Shown here piece by piece: positions 37,812-47,432 of a stretch of 64,000 nucleotides of DNA (its first letter is position 1; every line of letters begins with the position of its first letter). A model generated the notes under the pieces. It had not been told where the DNA came from. It did no database searches and saw only the letters and a program-made list of their open reading frames with translations. The stretch is from Deferribacterales bacterium. GTDB taxonomy: Bacteria; Chrysiogenota; Deferribacteres; Deferribacterales; Geovibrionaceae. A program made the position numbers and the translations under genes. The stretch covers positions 8,462-72,461 of the forward strand of contig JBFWJG010000004.1 of assembly GCA_050253335.1 (NCBI GenBank). Direction: 5' to 3'.

Positions 37812-38744
37812 TCAAGAGGATGACACCCTTTGTGCTGCTCTGAGCTTCGCGCTTCTGCTTAATGGATTTTCAGCCACTTCGGCCTCAGACGGAACCAGAG
37901 GTTTTCTTGTTAGCTGGCGGAATGTTCTCTTCTTTCCGCAGCGGCATAAAATCTGTTCAACAGGACAGATGCACTCTTTCTCAAAGTAGCGGAATTTCTC
38001 TTTCACCAGTCTGTCTTCCAGAGAGTGAAACGAAATAAAGGCAGCAATTCCGCCCGTCTCTACTCTTTCCTCAAGTTTGGAGAGCATGGTCTCAATCTCT
38101 TCCAGCTCTCCGTTCACATATATCCTGACCGCCTGAAAAGTCTGCGTGGCGGGGTGAAAACCTTTTTTGTGGAACTTAGCCGGAACAGCCTTGAACACTG
38201 TGTCCGCAAGTTCTTTTGTGGTGGAGAAGGGCTTTATGTCCCGCGCGCTGACTATAGCTCCTGCTATTCTCCATGCGAAGCGGTCCTCTCCGTACTTGTC
38301 GATGATGGAGGAAATCTCCTCCCTTGAGAATGTGTTTACAACATCGGCGGCGGTGATGCCTTCCGTGTTGTCCATTCTCATGTCCAGCGGACCGTCCTCG
38401 CGGAAGGAAAAACCCCTCGCGCCGTCTCTCACCTGCATGGTGGAAACTCCGAAGTCCGCCAGTATTCCGTCAACTTTTTCGATGCCCAGTTCATCGAGCA
38501 CTTCGTCAAAGCTTCCGAAGTTTTTATGGAACACCTGCACATTGGAGCAGGATTTAAATCTTTCCCTGAGCCTCGCCACTGATTCCGGATCTCTGTCCAG
38601 AATTATGTGTCTGGCTTCCGGGGCGAGTCTTTCGTTCATCGCGGCGGAGTGTCCGCCGAAGCCTCCTGTGAGGTCGAGAAGCACTCCTTCCCTCTTGGCC
38701 GGAAGAAACGAGAGCACCTCGTTAAGCAGAACGGATTTGTGCAT
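37812..38744 (-). CDS. rsmH: 16S rRNA m4C1402 methyltransferase
   Basis: H.SVLL.E, D.T.G.GGHS, RGFSF..DGPLDMRMD, SFHSLEDR.VK, NP.SRSAKLR. Confidence 0.97.
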   Translation of the reverse strand: MHKSVLLNEVLSFLPAKREGVLLDLTGGFGGHSAAMNERLAPEARHIILDRDPESVARLRERFKSCSNVQVFHKNFGSFDEVLDELGIEKVDGILADFGVSTMQVRDGARGFSFREDGPLDMRMDNTEGITAADVVNTFSREEISSIIDKYGEDRFAWRIAGAIVSARDIKPFSTTKELADTVFKAVPAKFHKKGFHPATQTFQAVRIYVNGELEEIETMLSKLEERVETGGIAAFISFHSLEDRLVKEKFRYFEKECICPVEQILCRCGKKRTFRQLTRKPLVPSEAEVAENPLSRSAKLRAAQRVSSS

Positions 38745-38756
38745 TTTCCGCCCTCC

Positions 38757-39197
38757 TTAGAAGCTGTCCGCGAATTTGGCAAACAATGCTTCGAGCTTTT
38801 CGCCTCCGGTTGCTGATTCCCAGGCCGCCCTGTCCCATATTTCCATACGGTTGCGGAAGCCGTTTATTATGCAGTCCCCTTCGAGGGAGTTATATTTTCT
38901 TACGTCCTGTGTTATTACTATGCGGCCGTTTTTGTCAATGGAGCATTCATCCATCATTGAGTACAAACGGCGGAGAAATTCGTTTAATTCGGGGTTGCCG
39001 GACTGCTCCTGCTCCCAGCGCGCTTCCTGCTTTTCCCACTCGGCGGCGGGGTACACACGGAGATGGCTTCCCATTGAGAGCAGAACGAGATCATCACTCT
39101 CATACTTGGAGCGGAGGATGTCCCGGAACTTTGACGGAACGCTTATTCTGCCCGTCTCGCTGATTTTGTGTTCGTATTTTCCTTTGAAGCTGCCCAT
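38757..39197 (-). CDS. mraZ: dcw cluster transcriptional regulator MraZ
   Basis: F.G.Y.H.I...GRI.VP.KFR and D..GRI.I repeats, EIW. Confidence 0.95.
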   Translation of the reverse strand: MGSFKGKYEHKISETGRISVPSKFRDILRSKYESDDLVLLSMGSHLRVYPAAEWEKQEARWEQEQSGNPELNEFLRRLYSMMDECSIDKNGRIVITQDVRKYNSLEGDCIINGFRNRMEIWDRAAWESATGGEKLEALFAKFADSF

Positions 39198-39207
39198 CTC
39201 ACTTATG

Positions 39208-39252
39208 CCAAATTAAACCAATTTATGATCTTATCGATCCAATCCATGCCAA
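39208..39252 (-). promoter_or_regulatory. Putative MraZ-binding direct repeats
   Basis: TTGG on minus strand at 39208, 39218, 39239, 39249 (10, 21, 10 bp spacing) just upstream of mraZ. Confidence 0.5.
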
Positions 39253-39473
39253 ACTTTAGCAGAACCATATATAAGCGTCAAGGGAAATTAAAAAAACTTT
39301 ATTGTCTGAAAGCCTGTTCAATTAAGGCTTTCAGGTAATTTTCACGTAAAGGGCGCAGGCAGACATGAAAAAAATAATCAGCAGGCAAATAAAAATAAAT
39401 AAGGCGGACACGAAAGAGGAAACTTGGAAAATATGTTCATATGGAATATGATAGACTTTATCAAAGGTGAAAA

Positions 39474-40196
39474 ATGAAGTTCAGTACAACAGATTCCATC
39501 AAGATCAACGATGCGGGCACAGACGGACACGTGCTTCCGGAGGCTCTTTTCAGGATTTTTCAGGAAGCGGCGATAAACCATTCCGACAGCGTGGGCTTCA
39601 CCCACGGCAGATATTTGGGCATGAACAGGCTCTGGATGCTCCACAGGCTGGCCTACAGACTTCAGGACGGGATCAGCCTCTATGATGTTCTTAACACGGA
39701 AACATGGTCCAGAGGGATGCAGAGATTCAAGGGTTTCAGGGAGTTTGAGCTTTCAAGGGGAGGGCAGACAGTCTGCACCGCCTCTTCGGTCTGGCTGTTC
39801 ATTGATACGGACAGGAAACGCCCTGCGAAGATTGAACCCGAAATTCCCGAGGCGTACAAGCCTGTTGAGGAAATGACAAACGGCACGGTTATTGAGGACT
39901 GGCAGCCTGAAACCCCTTCTGAGCATGCCGAAAGCTACGTTATTCAGACGCGCATAAGCGATTTTGACATAAACTCGCACCTGAACAACACGGTTTACTC
40001 AGCTTATGTCTTTCAGGCTTTTGCGGAAATAAACGGCGGAAAGAAAGACTTCCGTGAGTTCTGCATTGAGTTCTCCCACGAGCTTACCCTAGGCACTAAG
40101 GAAGCCCAAGTGAGGATTGAGCAGAAAGGCGGGGACTATATCTTTTCCGTCTCTGACGGGGCACGGACCAACGCCGCGGGCTTTTTCAGGATATAA
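39474..40196 (+). CDS. Acyl-ACP thioesterase
   Basis: FQEAA..H, W.L.R, ETW, REF, A.S.W..ID...RP, R.SD.D.N.HLNN..Y double hotdog motifs. Confidence 0.9.
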   Translation: MKFSTTDSIKINDAGTDGHVLPEALFRIFQEAAINHSDSVGFTHGRYLGMNRLWMLHRLAYRLQDGISLYDVLNTETWSRGMQRFKGFREFELSRGGQTVCTASSVWLFIDTDRKRPAKIEPEIPEAYKPVEEMTNGTVIEDWQPETPSEHAESYVIQTRISDFDINSHLNNTVYSAYVFQAFAEINGGKKDFREFCIEFSHELTLGTKEAQVRIEQKGGDYIFSVSDGARTNAAGFFRI

Positions 40197-40199
40197 ATT

Positions 40200-41303
40200 C
40201 TATCTGCCGAAGAGTATCTCCCTGTTGAGGGTGTACTCTTCGTTCCCGTTTTCTTTGATCAGTCCCAGTTCGCTGAGCCTTACAATGTCTCTTCTCACAG
40301 TTGTGCGGCTGACTCCGCCGTAGAGCGCGGTGAATTCCTTCATAAGCTGAAGCTCGCTCTGGCGGAAAGAGCCTCTCTTTTTCAGAATATCCGCAAGCCC
40401 CGCCAGACGCTCGTTTATCTCCTTCGCGTCAAGAAGCCTGCGGATGTAGCTGTCAAACATCACTTCGTTTATGGCTTCCAGACTTTTATCCTGAACCCCG
40501 CCGAGGGACGAGCTGACTAAACCGCACACCATGTTTATGTATTCGCCCGGGTCGCCTGATGCGGTGAATCTTTCGAGAACGGGATGGTAATCCTTTGAAT
40601 CCCTCTGGAACACGCTGAGCAGAAAGGGGATGTATCCCGCGCCCGCTGCTTTGTAAATGAAGCTTTCGGTGAGCCTCGCCAGTGTTTCGGATGAGCCAGG
40701 GAAAGGGTAGATGCGGATCAGGCTGAGGTGGGCGAGCGATGCTCTTGTGATTACTCCGAGGGAGATTATCTCCGGCGAATTTATCCACTCCACAAACGAC
40801 TTCATAAGGAGGTTTACATCAAGCTTGGTCTCAGGCGGACTGTAGGGTTTTGTGAACTGTTTTTCAAAAGCGCTCACGGGATGGTTCCGGTAGTTGGCGG
40901 GTTCGGCGCTGAGCCTTTTTTCAAGCACGGAGTTGAGACCGGTTATGAACTTTTCATCAACTGAGAAGTTTTCACACTTCTCCTGAGCCGCTAGAGCCGC
41001 ATAAGCCCTTCCCAGATTAAAAAGCCTGACGGCTCTGGAATCCTCGCCGAAGAGTGATTCATCGCTGTTTACAATGCTCATTGTCTCAGAAACGTTTAAA
41101 GTGTTTCCGGCAAGTTCGGAAGCGGCGTAAAGGGAGCGCTGCTCAAGGTTAAGAAATTCCTCCCCCAGCATATCGGGGAAAACGGGCAGCCTGCCCGCAA
41201 GGAAAAGGATTCCCTCCGCCTCGGCAAGTTTTGTTCTGTTAACTGAGCCTTCGGAGTTAAATATAAATCTGCCTGCGTGAAATGTGCTGACTTCTTTGTT
41301 CAT
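40200..41303 (-). CDS. Fic-domain protein with degenerate active site and C-terminal HTH
   Basis: S..L.GNTL, YR, A.LAH..L.RIYPF.GSSETLAR aligned to HPFxDGNGRxxR; C-terminal VSRTTVRRDI..L.ELGLI wHTH. Confidence 0.8.
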   Translation of the reverse strand: MNKEVSTFHAGRFIFNSEGSVNRTKLAEAEGILFLAGRLPVFPDMLGEEFLNLEQRSLYAASELAGNTLNVSETMSIVNSDESLFGEDSRAVRLFNLGRAYAALAAQEKCENFSVDEKFITGLNSVLEKRLSAEPANYRNHPVSAFEKQFTKPYSPPETKLDVNLLMKSFVEWINSPEIISLGVITRASLAHLSLIRIYPFPGSSETLARLTESFIYKAAGAGYIPFLLSVFQRDSKDYHPVLERFTASGDPGEYINMVCGLVSSSLGGVQDKSLEAINEVMFDSYIRRLLDAKEINERLAGLADILKKRGSFRQSELQLMKEFTALYGGVSRTTVRRDIVRLSELGLIKENGNEEYTLNREILFGR

Positions 41304-41335
41304 TGAGCTACCTGCCGAAAATTTAAGGGAATGAT

Positions 41336-42118
41336 TCAGATATTTTTTTCCGCCGCTTTTGCCTCGTTCCAGAGGGCGTCCATCTCTTCCAGAGAGGAAT
41401 CCTCATAGGAAAGGCCTTTTTCGGCAAGCTTTCTGCCTATGTATTCAAACCTTGCGGTAAATCTTTTATTGCATTTTCTCAGCGCCTCGTCCGGATTAAC
41501 GTCCAGAAAACGGGAAACGTTCACAAGGGCGAACAGCATGTCGCCCAGTTCATGCTCGATGTGTTCTCTGTCCGCCTCTCTGACAGCTTCTTCGAACTCG
41601 GCGAACTCCTCACGGACTTTCTCCATGCAGTCTTTGAGTTCCGGCCAGTCGAATCCGGCCTTGCGCGCCTTTTTCTGAAGCTTTTCCGCCCTGCGCAGAG
41701 AAGGATAGGAAACCGGTATGCCGTCAAAAAAAGCTCTGGGGGCGTTTTTCTTTTCCTCCGCCTTTATCCTGTCCCAGTTCACAATGACTTCGTCGGTTCC
41801 GTTGACTGTCTCTGTTCCGAATACGTGCGGGTGGCGCCTTATGAGTTTGCTGTTAATCTCCTGAAGCACATCGTCTATGCTGAACTTATCTTCATCCTCA
41901 GCCATGACCGAATGAAACACAACATGGAAAACGACATCCCCCAGTTCCTCGCGGATGTTTTCCGTGTCTTTGTTGTCAAGTGCGTCCAGAAGCTCGTAGG
42001 CTTCCTCTATGAAGTGCTCTTTTATGGAATACAGGTTCTGTTCCCTGTCCCACGGGCAGCCCTCGGGGCTTCTGAGTTTGCGGACTGTTTCCACAAGTCT
42101 GTCAAAGTTTAAGCTCAT
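41336..42118 (-). CDS. mazG: Nucleoside triphosphate pyrophosphohydrolase MazG
   Basis: LRSP.GCPWDREQ, EEAYE, EELGD, KLIRRHPHVFG, GFDW, E.GD.LF. Confidence 0.97.
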   Translation of the reverse strand: MSLNFDRLVETVRKLRSPEGCPWDREQNLYSIKEHFIEEAYELLDALDNKDTENIREELGDVVFHVVFHSVMAEDEDKFSIDDVLQEINSKLIRRHPHVFGTETVNGTDEVIVNWDRIKAEEKKNAPRAFFDGIPVSYPSLRRAEKLQKKARKAGFDWPELKDCMEKVREEFAEFEEAVREADREHIEHELGDMLFALVNVSRFLDVNPDEALRKCNKRFTARFEYIGRKLAEKGLSYEDSSLEEMDALWNEAKAAEKNI

Positions 42119-42410
42119 AAAATAACTGCTCCGTCTGCCAGAAAATCACTGAAAATATAATATCAGATACTAAATCAGGGGATGTTAAAAATCAACGGAA
42201 TAAGATGATGCGTCTCCTGTTTACGGTGTTTCACCAGATGTTAAAACTTTCTTTTTTTATTGATGCAGACCGCAGTCCGCAGGCTGTTCTGAGGAGTACA
42301 GGCGTTTAATAATGCTTTCAGGATGTATAAATAGCTTGAAACCCCTCAAACTAAAGTCAATACTAACTAAAGACAAAAACAAAACATAATTTTTCATTTA
42401 AAGGTCGCTT

Positions 42411-45400
42411 ATGGGTTTTATTTCAGGCAACAGGATTTTCCTGCTGGTGTCTGCTGTGGCTGTTGCGGTTATCACGCTGATAATGACTGATTATCTGCGT
42501 GTGAGGAAAATTGAGCCGGACATGGAAGAGTTCAGCCGCTCAAGGAATATCCTCAGAGCTTCGGCATTGGTGGCGGAAGGGAGCGGGGCATACCAGAAGG
42601 CATATCTGCAGAAGGACTTCGCCTCGCTTGACAAGGCTGTCAAAAGCTTTGACAACGCACTTTATTATCTGAAATACGCAGGAGAAGACATAAGCGGATG
42701 CATGGACTCCGTTAAATCCGGTCTGGAGTCGTATCTGGGCAGTTTTTACGGAGGTGCGGATCTGCTCACTGAGGAGTTTGCCTCTGATATAGGCCGCTTT
42801 TCCTCATTCTCCTCCAGATGCATGGAACAGGCAGAAACCGCCGGATGGTCGGGCATCGCCTCATACATGGCGGACATAAAAACCGAACACAGAAGGGCGG
42901 ACAGGCTGATGATCGCCTTTTCATTCGTCATAAGCTTCCTTTTCATATCTCTTCTCTGGCTTTATACCGCCAATTCAAAAAATCTCGGGAAACTCAGGAA
43001 GGAGCGCACTTTTAAATACCGCCTTCTTGACATGCTTCCCACAATGGTGAGCGTGACCGACGGCAGAAGAATGATCACCTGCAACAAGCGCGTTCTGGAT
43101 TTTCTGAACTTTGCCTCCGTGGAGGACTTTCAGAAAAAGCATGACTGTCTCTGCGAGTTTTTTCTGAACGAACCCGGCTACATCTTTCACAGAGAGGACG
43201 ACCCGTGGCTTAATCAGGTCTACAGAAACGATGAGAACGGGCATGAGAGCAAGGTGAAGATGAGAGACACCGCCACAGGAAAAAGCAGGGTGCTCCTGAT
43301 CAATCACAGCTCTTTTGATCCTTCCGAGGGCACGCTGGCTATAACTTTCACTGACATCACAGAGATTGAGCGGATGCGTCTGTACCTGAAGGAGAGTGAA
43401 AATAAGTTCAGGGTGCTTTTCAACGGGCACAGCGCCGTGATGCTTCTCATTGATCCTGAAACCAAACTAATCAGGGACGCGAACGCGGCGGCGGTTAATT
43501 TTTACGGTTACAGCCTTGAAAGACTCAAAAATATGCATATATGCGATATCAATATAGATCCAAAAGCTGAGTGCCGCATGTCCGAGGCGCTCAGGGGTGA
43601 GCGGAACTCCTTTGAATTCCGCCACATGCTCAGCGGCGGGGAGATAAAGGATGTGAGCGTTTTTTCCAGCCCGGTGAACATAGAGGGGAGAGAGTATCTT
43701 TTCTCAATCATCACGGATATTTCAGACAGAAAACTTGTGGAAAGGGAGCTTGAACAGCAGACCGAGCTTCTTCGCGCTGTGCTGAAAAACGCTCCGGTGT
43801 GGATCTGGTTTGTCTCCGGAGACGGCAGTCTTAAAATCGCGAATGACGCTTTCTGCGGTGCAACGGGGATAGGCGAGAGCGAGGTCTGCGGGCTCCGCCG
43901 TTATTATGAAAAAATGCCTGCGGGCTTTGAACAGCTCACAGAGGATGACATGGATACCCTGCTTAATTCCGGCTTCTCTGTCAGGGAGTGCGGGGTTCAG
44001 CTTTCAGACGGCAGCAGGCTTTATCTGAATGTGACAAAAGTCCGTGTCAAGTGTCCGTCAGGGCTCAACAGCGGGCTGATCTGCATAGCCACCGACATGA
44101 CGGAGCAGAAAAGTCTGGAAAAAGAGCTCAGGCGGATAAACGAATATCTGGCGGAGTCGGTGGAAAAAGAGCTTGCCGTGCGCTTGGGCAACGAAATGAA
44201 GCTCAAGGGCGTTTTCAACAGTATAAACGATGCGATGATTATCTTCGCGGTGAATAAGGACGGAGCCCCCGGCAGGATTATCGACGTAAACAACAGGCTT
44301 CTTCAGCTTACAGGCCGCTCCCGCCACGAAGTGCACACAATGCATCCGGACGAGCTTTATGAAGCTCAGGAACTTGCGGCAGGAATGGACATAGGGCGTC
44401 TGGTTTCCGAAGGCAAGCATTTCATTTATGAAAGCAGGCTGAAAAAGGCTTCCGGAGGCTTTGTAACCGTTGAGGTGAGCAGTTCATATGTGGAGATAAA
44501 CGGCACTCCGCTGTGCATTGTCTCCATGAGGGATATCGACAGTCTGATCAGGCTCGAGAAGGAGAAAAAGGACAGCGAAACCCTCACGGAAGCTACTTTC
44601 AACGCTGCCGGAGTCGGTATCTGTCTCAGTGATGACACGGGAGTTTTGTGCAAAGTGAACAACACCTTCGCCAATATGCACGAATATTCCGCCGAAGAGC
44701 TCACAGGAGCGCACTATTCCATGCTTGTTTCCGTGAAATGCAGGGAAAAGGTGGTTGGCGAGATAGCGGAATTTGCCAAAGGAGCAGCGGGGCATTTCAG
44801 CAGCGAGCATGTTGATGTGACATCCTCGGGCAGGGAAATACTTGTTTCGGTTTATGTCACAAAAATCAGGCTGGGCGAAAAAATAATGTTTGTTACCAGT
44901 GTTCAGGACATAACCGGATTAAAACGCCTCGAGGAGATACGCGAGGTGCAGGAGCAGATGCTTATTCAGCAGTCCAAGATGGCCGCTATGGGAGAGATGA
45001 TAGGCGTCATAGCCCACCAGTGGAAGCAGCCGCTGAATGTTATATATATTATGGCTCAGTATCTGTCCGAACTTACGGACGGCAGTGACGAGGAAAAGGA
45101 AAAAGAGCTTCCCGAAATATCCGAAGGGATAATGAAGCAGGTTGAGTTTATGAACGAGACCATGAACAACTTCCGCAGTTTCTTCAAGCCCGGGAAAGAG
45201 CCCGAGATTTTCGGCATCGAACCTGCGGTGGAGGAGATTGTGGAGATGCTCACCCCTCAGCTCCGCCAGAGTGATATAAATGTGAAAGTCCTTATCGACG
45301 GCGAGCACAGTGTAAGAGGCTTCAGAAATGAGTTCAAGCAGGTGATCATGAACATAATCTCAAACGCCAGAGATGCCGTTATTCAGCGCAGAGAGACAGA

Positions 45401-45683
45401 CGGAGAATTTTTCAGCGGGAAGATAAACATTGATATAAGAAGAGACGAGGATAATATCGCCCTCACTGTATGCGACAACGGAGGCGGCATCCACGGCGAT
45501 ATACTTGATGAACTGTTCAAGCCTTATGTTACCACGAAAGGCGACAAGGGGACGGGAATAGGCCTCAGCACCGCAAAGACAATCATAGAGGAGAAGATGG
45601 ACGGAACCATAACCGCCTATAATACCGGAAAAGGAGCCTGTTTCACCGTTTATCTGCCTGAATACTGCGAAAGGCAGGCCTGA
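42411..45683 (+). CDS. Multi-PAS membrane sensor histidine kinase
   Basis: Two TM helices, about five PAS/PAC domains, H-box IAHQWKQPLN, N-box, DNGGGI, GTGIGL. Confidence 0.93.
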   Translation: MGFISGNRIFLLVSAVAVAVITLIMTDYLRVRKIEPDMEEFSRSRNILRASALVAEGSGAYQKAYLQKDFASLDKAVKSFDNALYYLKYAGEDISGCMDSVKSGLESYLGSFYGGADLLTEEFASDIGRFSSFSSRCMEQAETAGWSGIASYMADIKTEHRRADRLMIAFSFVISFLFISLLWLYTANSKNLGKLRKERTFKYRLLDMLPTMVSVTDGRRMITCNKRVLDFLNFASVEDFQKKHDCLCEFFLNEPGYIFHREDDPWLNQVYRNDENGHESKVKMRDTATGKSRVLLINHSSFDPSEGTLAITFTDITEIERMRLYLKESENKFRVLFNGHSAVMLLIDPETKLIRDANAAAVNFYGYSLERLKNMHICDINIDPKAECRMSEALRGERNSFEFRHMLSGGEIKDVSVFSSPVNIEGREYLFSIITDISDRKLVERELEQQTELLRAVLKNAPVWIWFVSGDGSLKIANDAFCGATGIGESEVCGLRRYYEKMPAGFEQLTEDDMDTLLNSGFSVRECGVQLSDGSRLYLNVTKVRVKCPSGLNSGLICIATDMTEQKSLEKELRRINEYLAESVEKELAVRLGNEMKLKGVFNSINDAMIIFAVNKDGAPGRIIDVNNRLLQLTGRSRHEVHTMHPDELYEAQELAAGMDIGRLVSEGKHFIYESRLKKASGGFVTVEVSSSYVEINGTPLCIVSMRDIDSLIRLEKEKKDSETLTEATFNAAGVGICLSDDTGVLCKVNNTFANMHEYSAEELTGAHYSMLVSVKCREKVVGEIAEFAKGAAGHFSSEHVDVTSSGREILVSVYVTKIRLGEKIMFVTSVQDITGLKRLEEIREVQEQMLIQQSKMAAMGEMIGVIAHQWKQPLNVIYIMAQYLSELTDGSDEEKEKELPEISEGIMKQVEFMNETMNNFRSFFKPGKEPEIFGIEPAVEEIVEMLTPQLRQSDINVKVLIDGEHSVRGFRNEFKQVIMNIISNARDAVIQRRETDGEFFSGKINIDIRRDEDNIALTVCDNGGGIHGDILDELFKPYVTTKGDKGTGIGLSTAKTIIEEKMDGTITAYNTGKGACFTVYLPEYCERQA

Positions 45684-45687
45684 AGTA

Positions 45688-46407
45688 TTACACCGAGTTT
45701 CTGAACTCCGCAGTGAAAATCTGCAGTGTTTCCCTGAGGCGGCTGTATAGAAGTTCGTAATCTCTGGAGGCGTTTGCCCGGGCGCTTTTTTCTATCGCCT
45801 CTGCTGCTTCCGCGATGTTTTTAAGCCCCATGTTTCTGGCTGCGCCTTTGATGTAGTGCGCCTCCGCTGATACACGGGGTATATCCTTGTCTGCTACCGC
45901 CTCATGGAGATATTCCAGATGAAGTGCGGAATCCTCCACAAATTCGCTGAGAAGTTCAGTGACTATCTCCCGTTCCAATCCGAGCTGGCTGAAAACATAG
46001 CTGATGCAGGCTTCCACGCTGTCCGTGCTTTTGCTGGCGGAGGTGCTTTCTGCCGTTTTTCTGCATCCGTTTATAATTGCTTCAATTTTGGATATATTCA
46101 CCGGTTTTGATATGAAATCGGTCATCCCGCAGTTGGCAAGCTCCTCCGTCATGTTTTCGGAATCAGCCGTGAGCGCCACGATAGGCATTGTGTAGCCCAG
46201 TCTGCGTATCTCCGCCGATGCGTCCCCCCCGTTCATCACGGGCATATTGACATCCATCAGAACAAGAGCGTAGCTTTCCTGCTGAACCATTGTCACAGCC
46301 TCACGCCCGTTGTTTGCGACATCGACCTTTGTCCCGAGCTTTTCCACAATTTTCCGCGTAATCATCTGATTAACGGGGTTGTCTTCCGCGAGAAGAATTC
46401 TCATCAT
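45688..46407 (-). CDS. Response regulator receiver fused to Hpt domain
   Basis: ILLAEDNPVNQ, LMDVNMPVMNG, ALTA, KP; C-terminal AHYIKGAA.N.G. Confidence 0.9.
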   Translation of the reverse strand: MMRILLAEDNPVNQMITRKIVEKLGTKVDVANNGREAVTMVQQESYALVLMDVNMPVMNGGDASAEIRRLGYTMPIVALTADSENMTEELANCGMTDFISKPVNISKIEAIINGCRKTAESTSASKSTDSVEACISYVFSQLGLEREIVTELLSEFVEDSALHLEYLHEAVADKDIPRVSAEAHYIKGAARNMGLKNIAEAAEAIEKSARANASRDYELLYSRLRETLQIFTAEFRNSV

Positions 46408-46511
46408 AATCAATATTCCTTTTGAGAAAAAATGTATTTGATAATACCATAGTATAGAAAAAATTATCACCGAAAGCAATTTTTTAACGGAATCCGTGCG
46501 GAGGTGTCCGG

Positions 46512-46946
46512 TTGGAAACAAGAAAGGAAAAAGCTGTGGAAATTTTTAAGAGCGGATTTAACTGCTCTCAGGGAGTCTTTACCGCTTTCGCGGCTGATTT
46601 CGGGCTGGATGAAAAAACGGCGCTGATGCTGGGCACTCCTTTCGGCGGCGGAGTCGGCGGACGAGGGGAAACCTGCGGCGCGGTGTCCGGAGCTTATATG
46701 GTTATCGGCCTCAGGCACGGCAGAAGCGAACTGAACGACAGCGGGGCAAAGGAGAAGGTCTACTCCCTTATGGAGGAGTTCCGCGGCAGATTTAGCGAAA
46801 GGTTCGGAACTCTTTGCTGTTCGGAGCTTGTCGGAGTTGACATGTCCGACCACCTGATGCGCACAAAGGCAAGAGAGGACGGAAAACTCGAACGCTGTAA
46901 AGAGTTTGTCGGGTATGCCGCGGAGATTTTGGAGGATATTCTTTGA
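46512..46946 (+). CDS. C_GCAxxG_C_C family putative redox protein
   Basis: FNCSQ, FGGG.G..GETCGAVSG, C..L, C..FV. Confidence 0.9.
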   Translation: METRKEKAVEIFKSGFNCSQGVFTAFAADFGLDEKTALMLGTPFGGGVGGRGETCGAVSGAYMVIGLRHGRSELNDSGAKEKVYSLMEEFRGRFSERFGTLCCSELVGVDMSDHLMRTKAREDGKLERCKEFVGYAAEILEDIL

Positions 46947-47428
46947 AAAAGTTTCTGCTCAGTTCCTGTCTCGCGGGGGAGAATGTCCGCTATGACGGCG
47001 GAAATAACAGGATAGAAAACGAGGCCTTCAGAAAGCTTGTTGATGAGGGGCGGGCTGTCCTTGTCTGTCCCGAGGTTGACGCAGGGCTTTCCGCTCCCCG
47101 CAGACCCTGCGAAATTAAGGGCGAAGGCGGAGGAAAGGCTGTTCTGGAAGGCCGAGCCTGCGTTTACGGCGATGACGGGCAAAACTTCACCGAGCCCTTT
47201 GTGAAAGGAGCATACATGACACTGGAAAAGGCCCGTGAACATGACTGCACAGCGGCTATGCTCAAGCATAGAAGCCCTTCATGCGGCTCAACCCTTATTT
47301 ATGACGGCTCATTCAGCGGAGTGAAAATCAGCGGAAGAGGGGTTACGGCAGAACTCCTTGCCTCAGAGGGAATAAGGCTTTTCAGTGAGGAAACTCTGGA
47401 AGAATTTTTGCAGTATATGAAAGAGTAA
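46943..47428 (+). CDS. DUF523 family (2-thiouracil desulfurase-like) protein
   Basis: SSCL.G..VRYDG, CPEV..GL..PR, LK.RSPSCG, G.GVTA. Confidence 0.9.
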   Translation: MKKFLLSSCLAGENVRYDGGNNRIENEAFRKLVDEGRAVLVCPEVDAGLSAPRRPCEIKGEGGGKAVLEGRACVYGDDGQNFTEPFVKGAYMTLEKAREHDCTAAMLKHRSPSCGSTLIYDGSFSGVKISGRGVTAELLASEGIRLFSEETLEEFLQYMKE

Positions 47429-47432
47429 TTGC

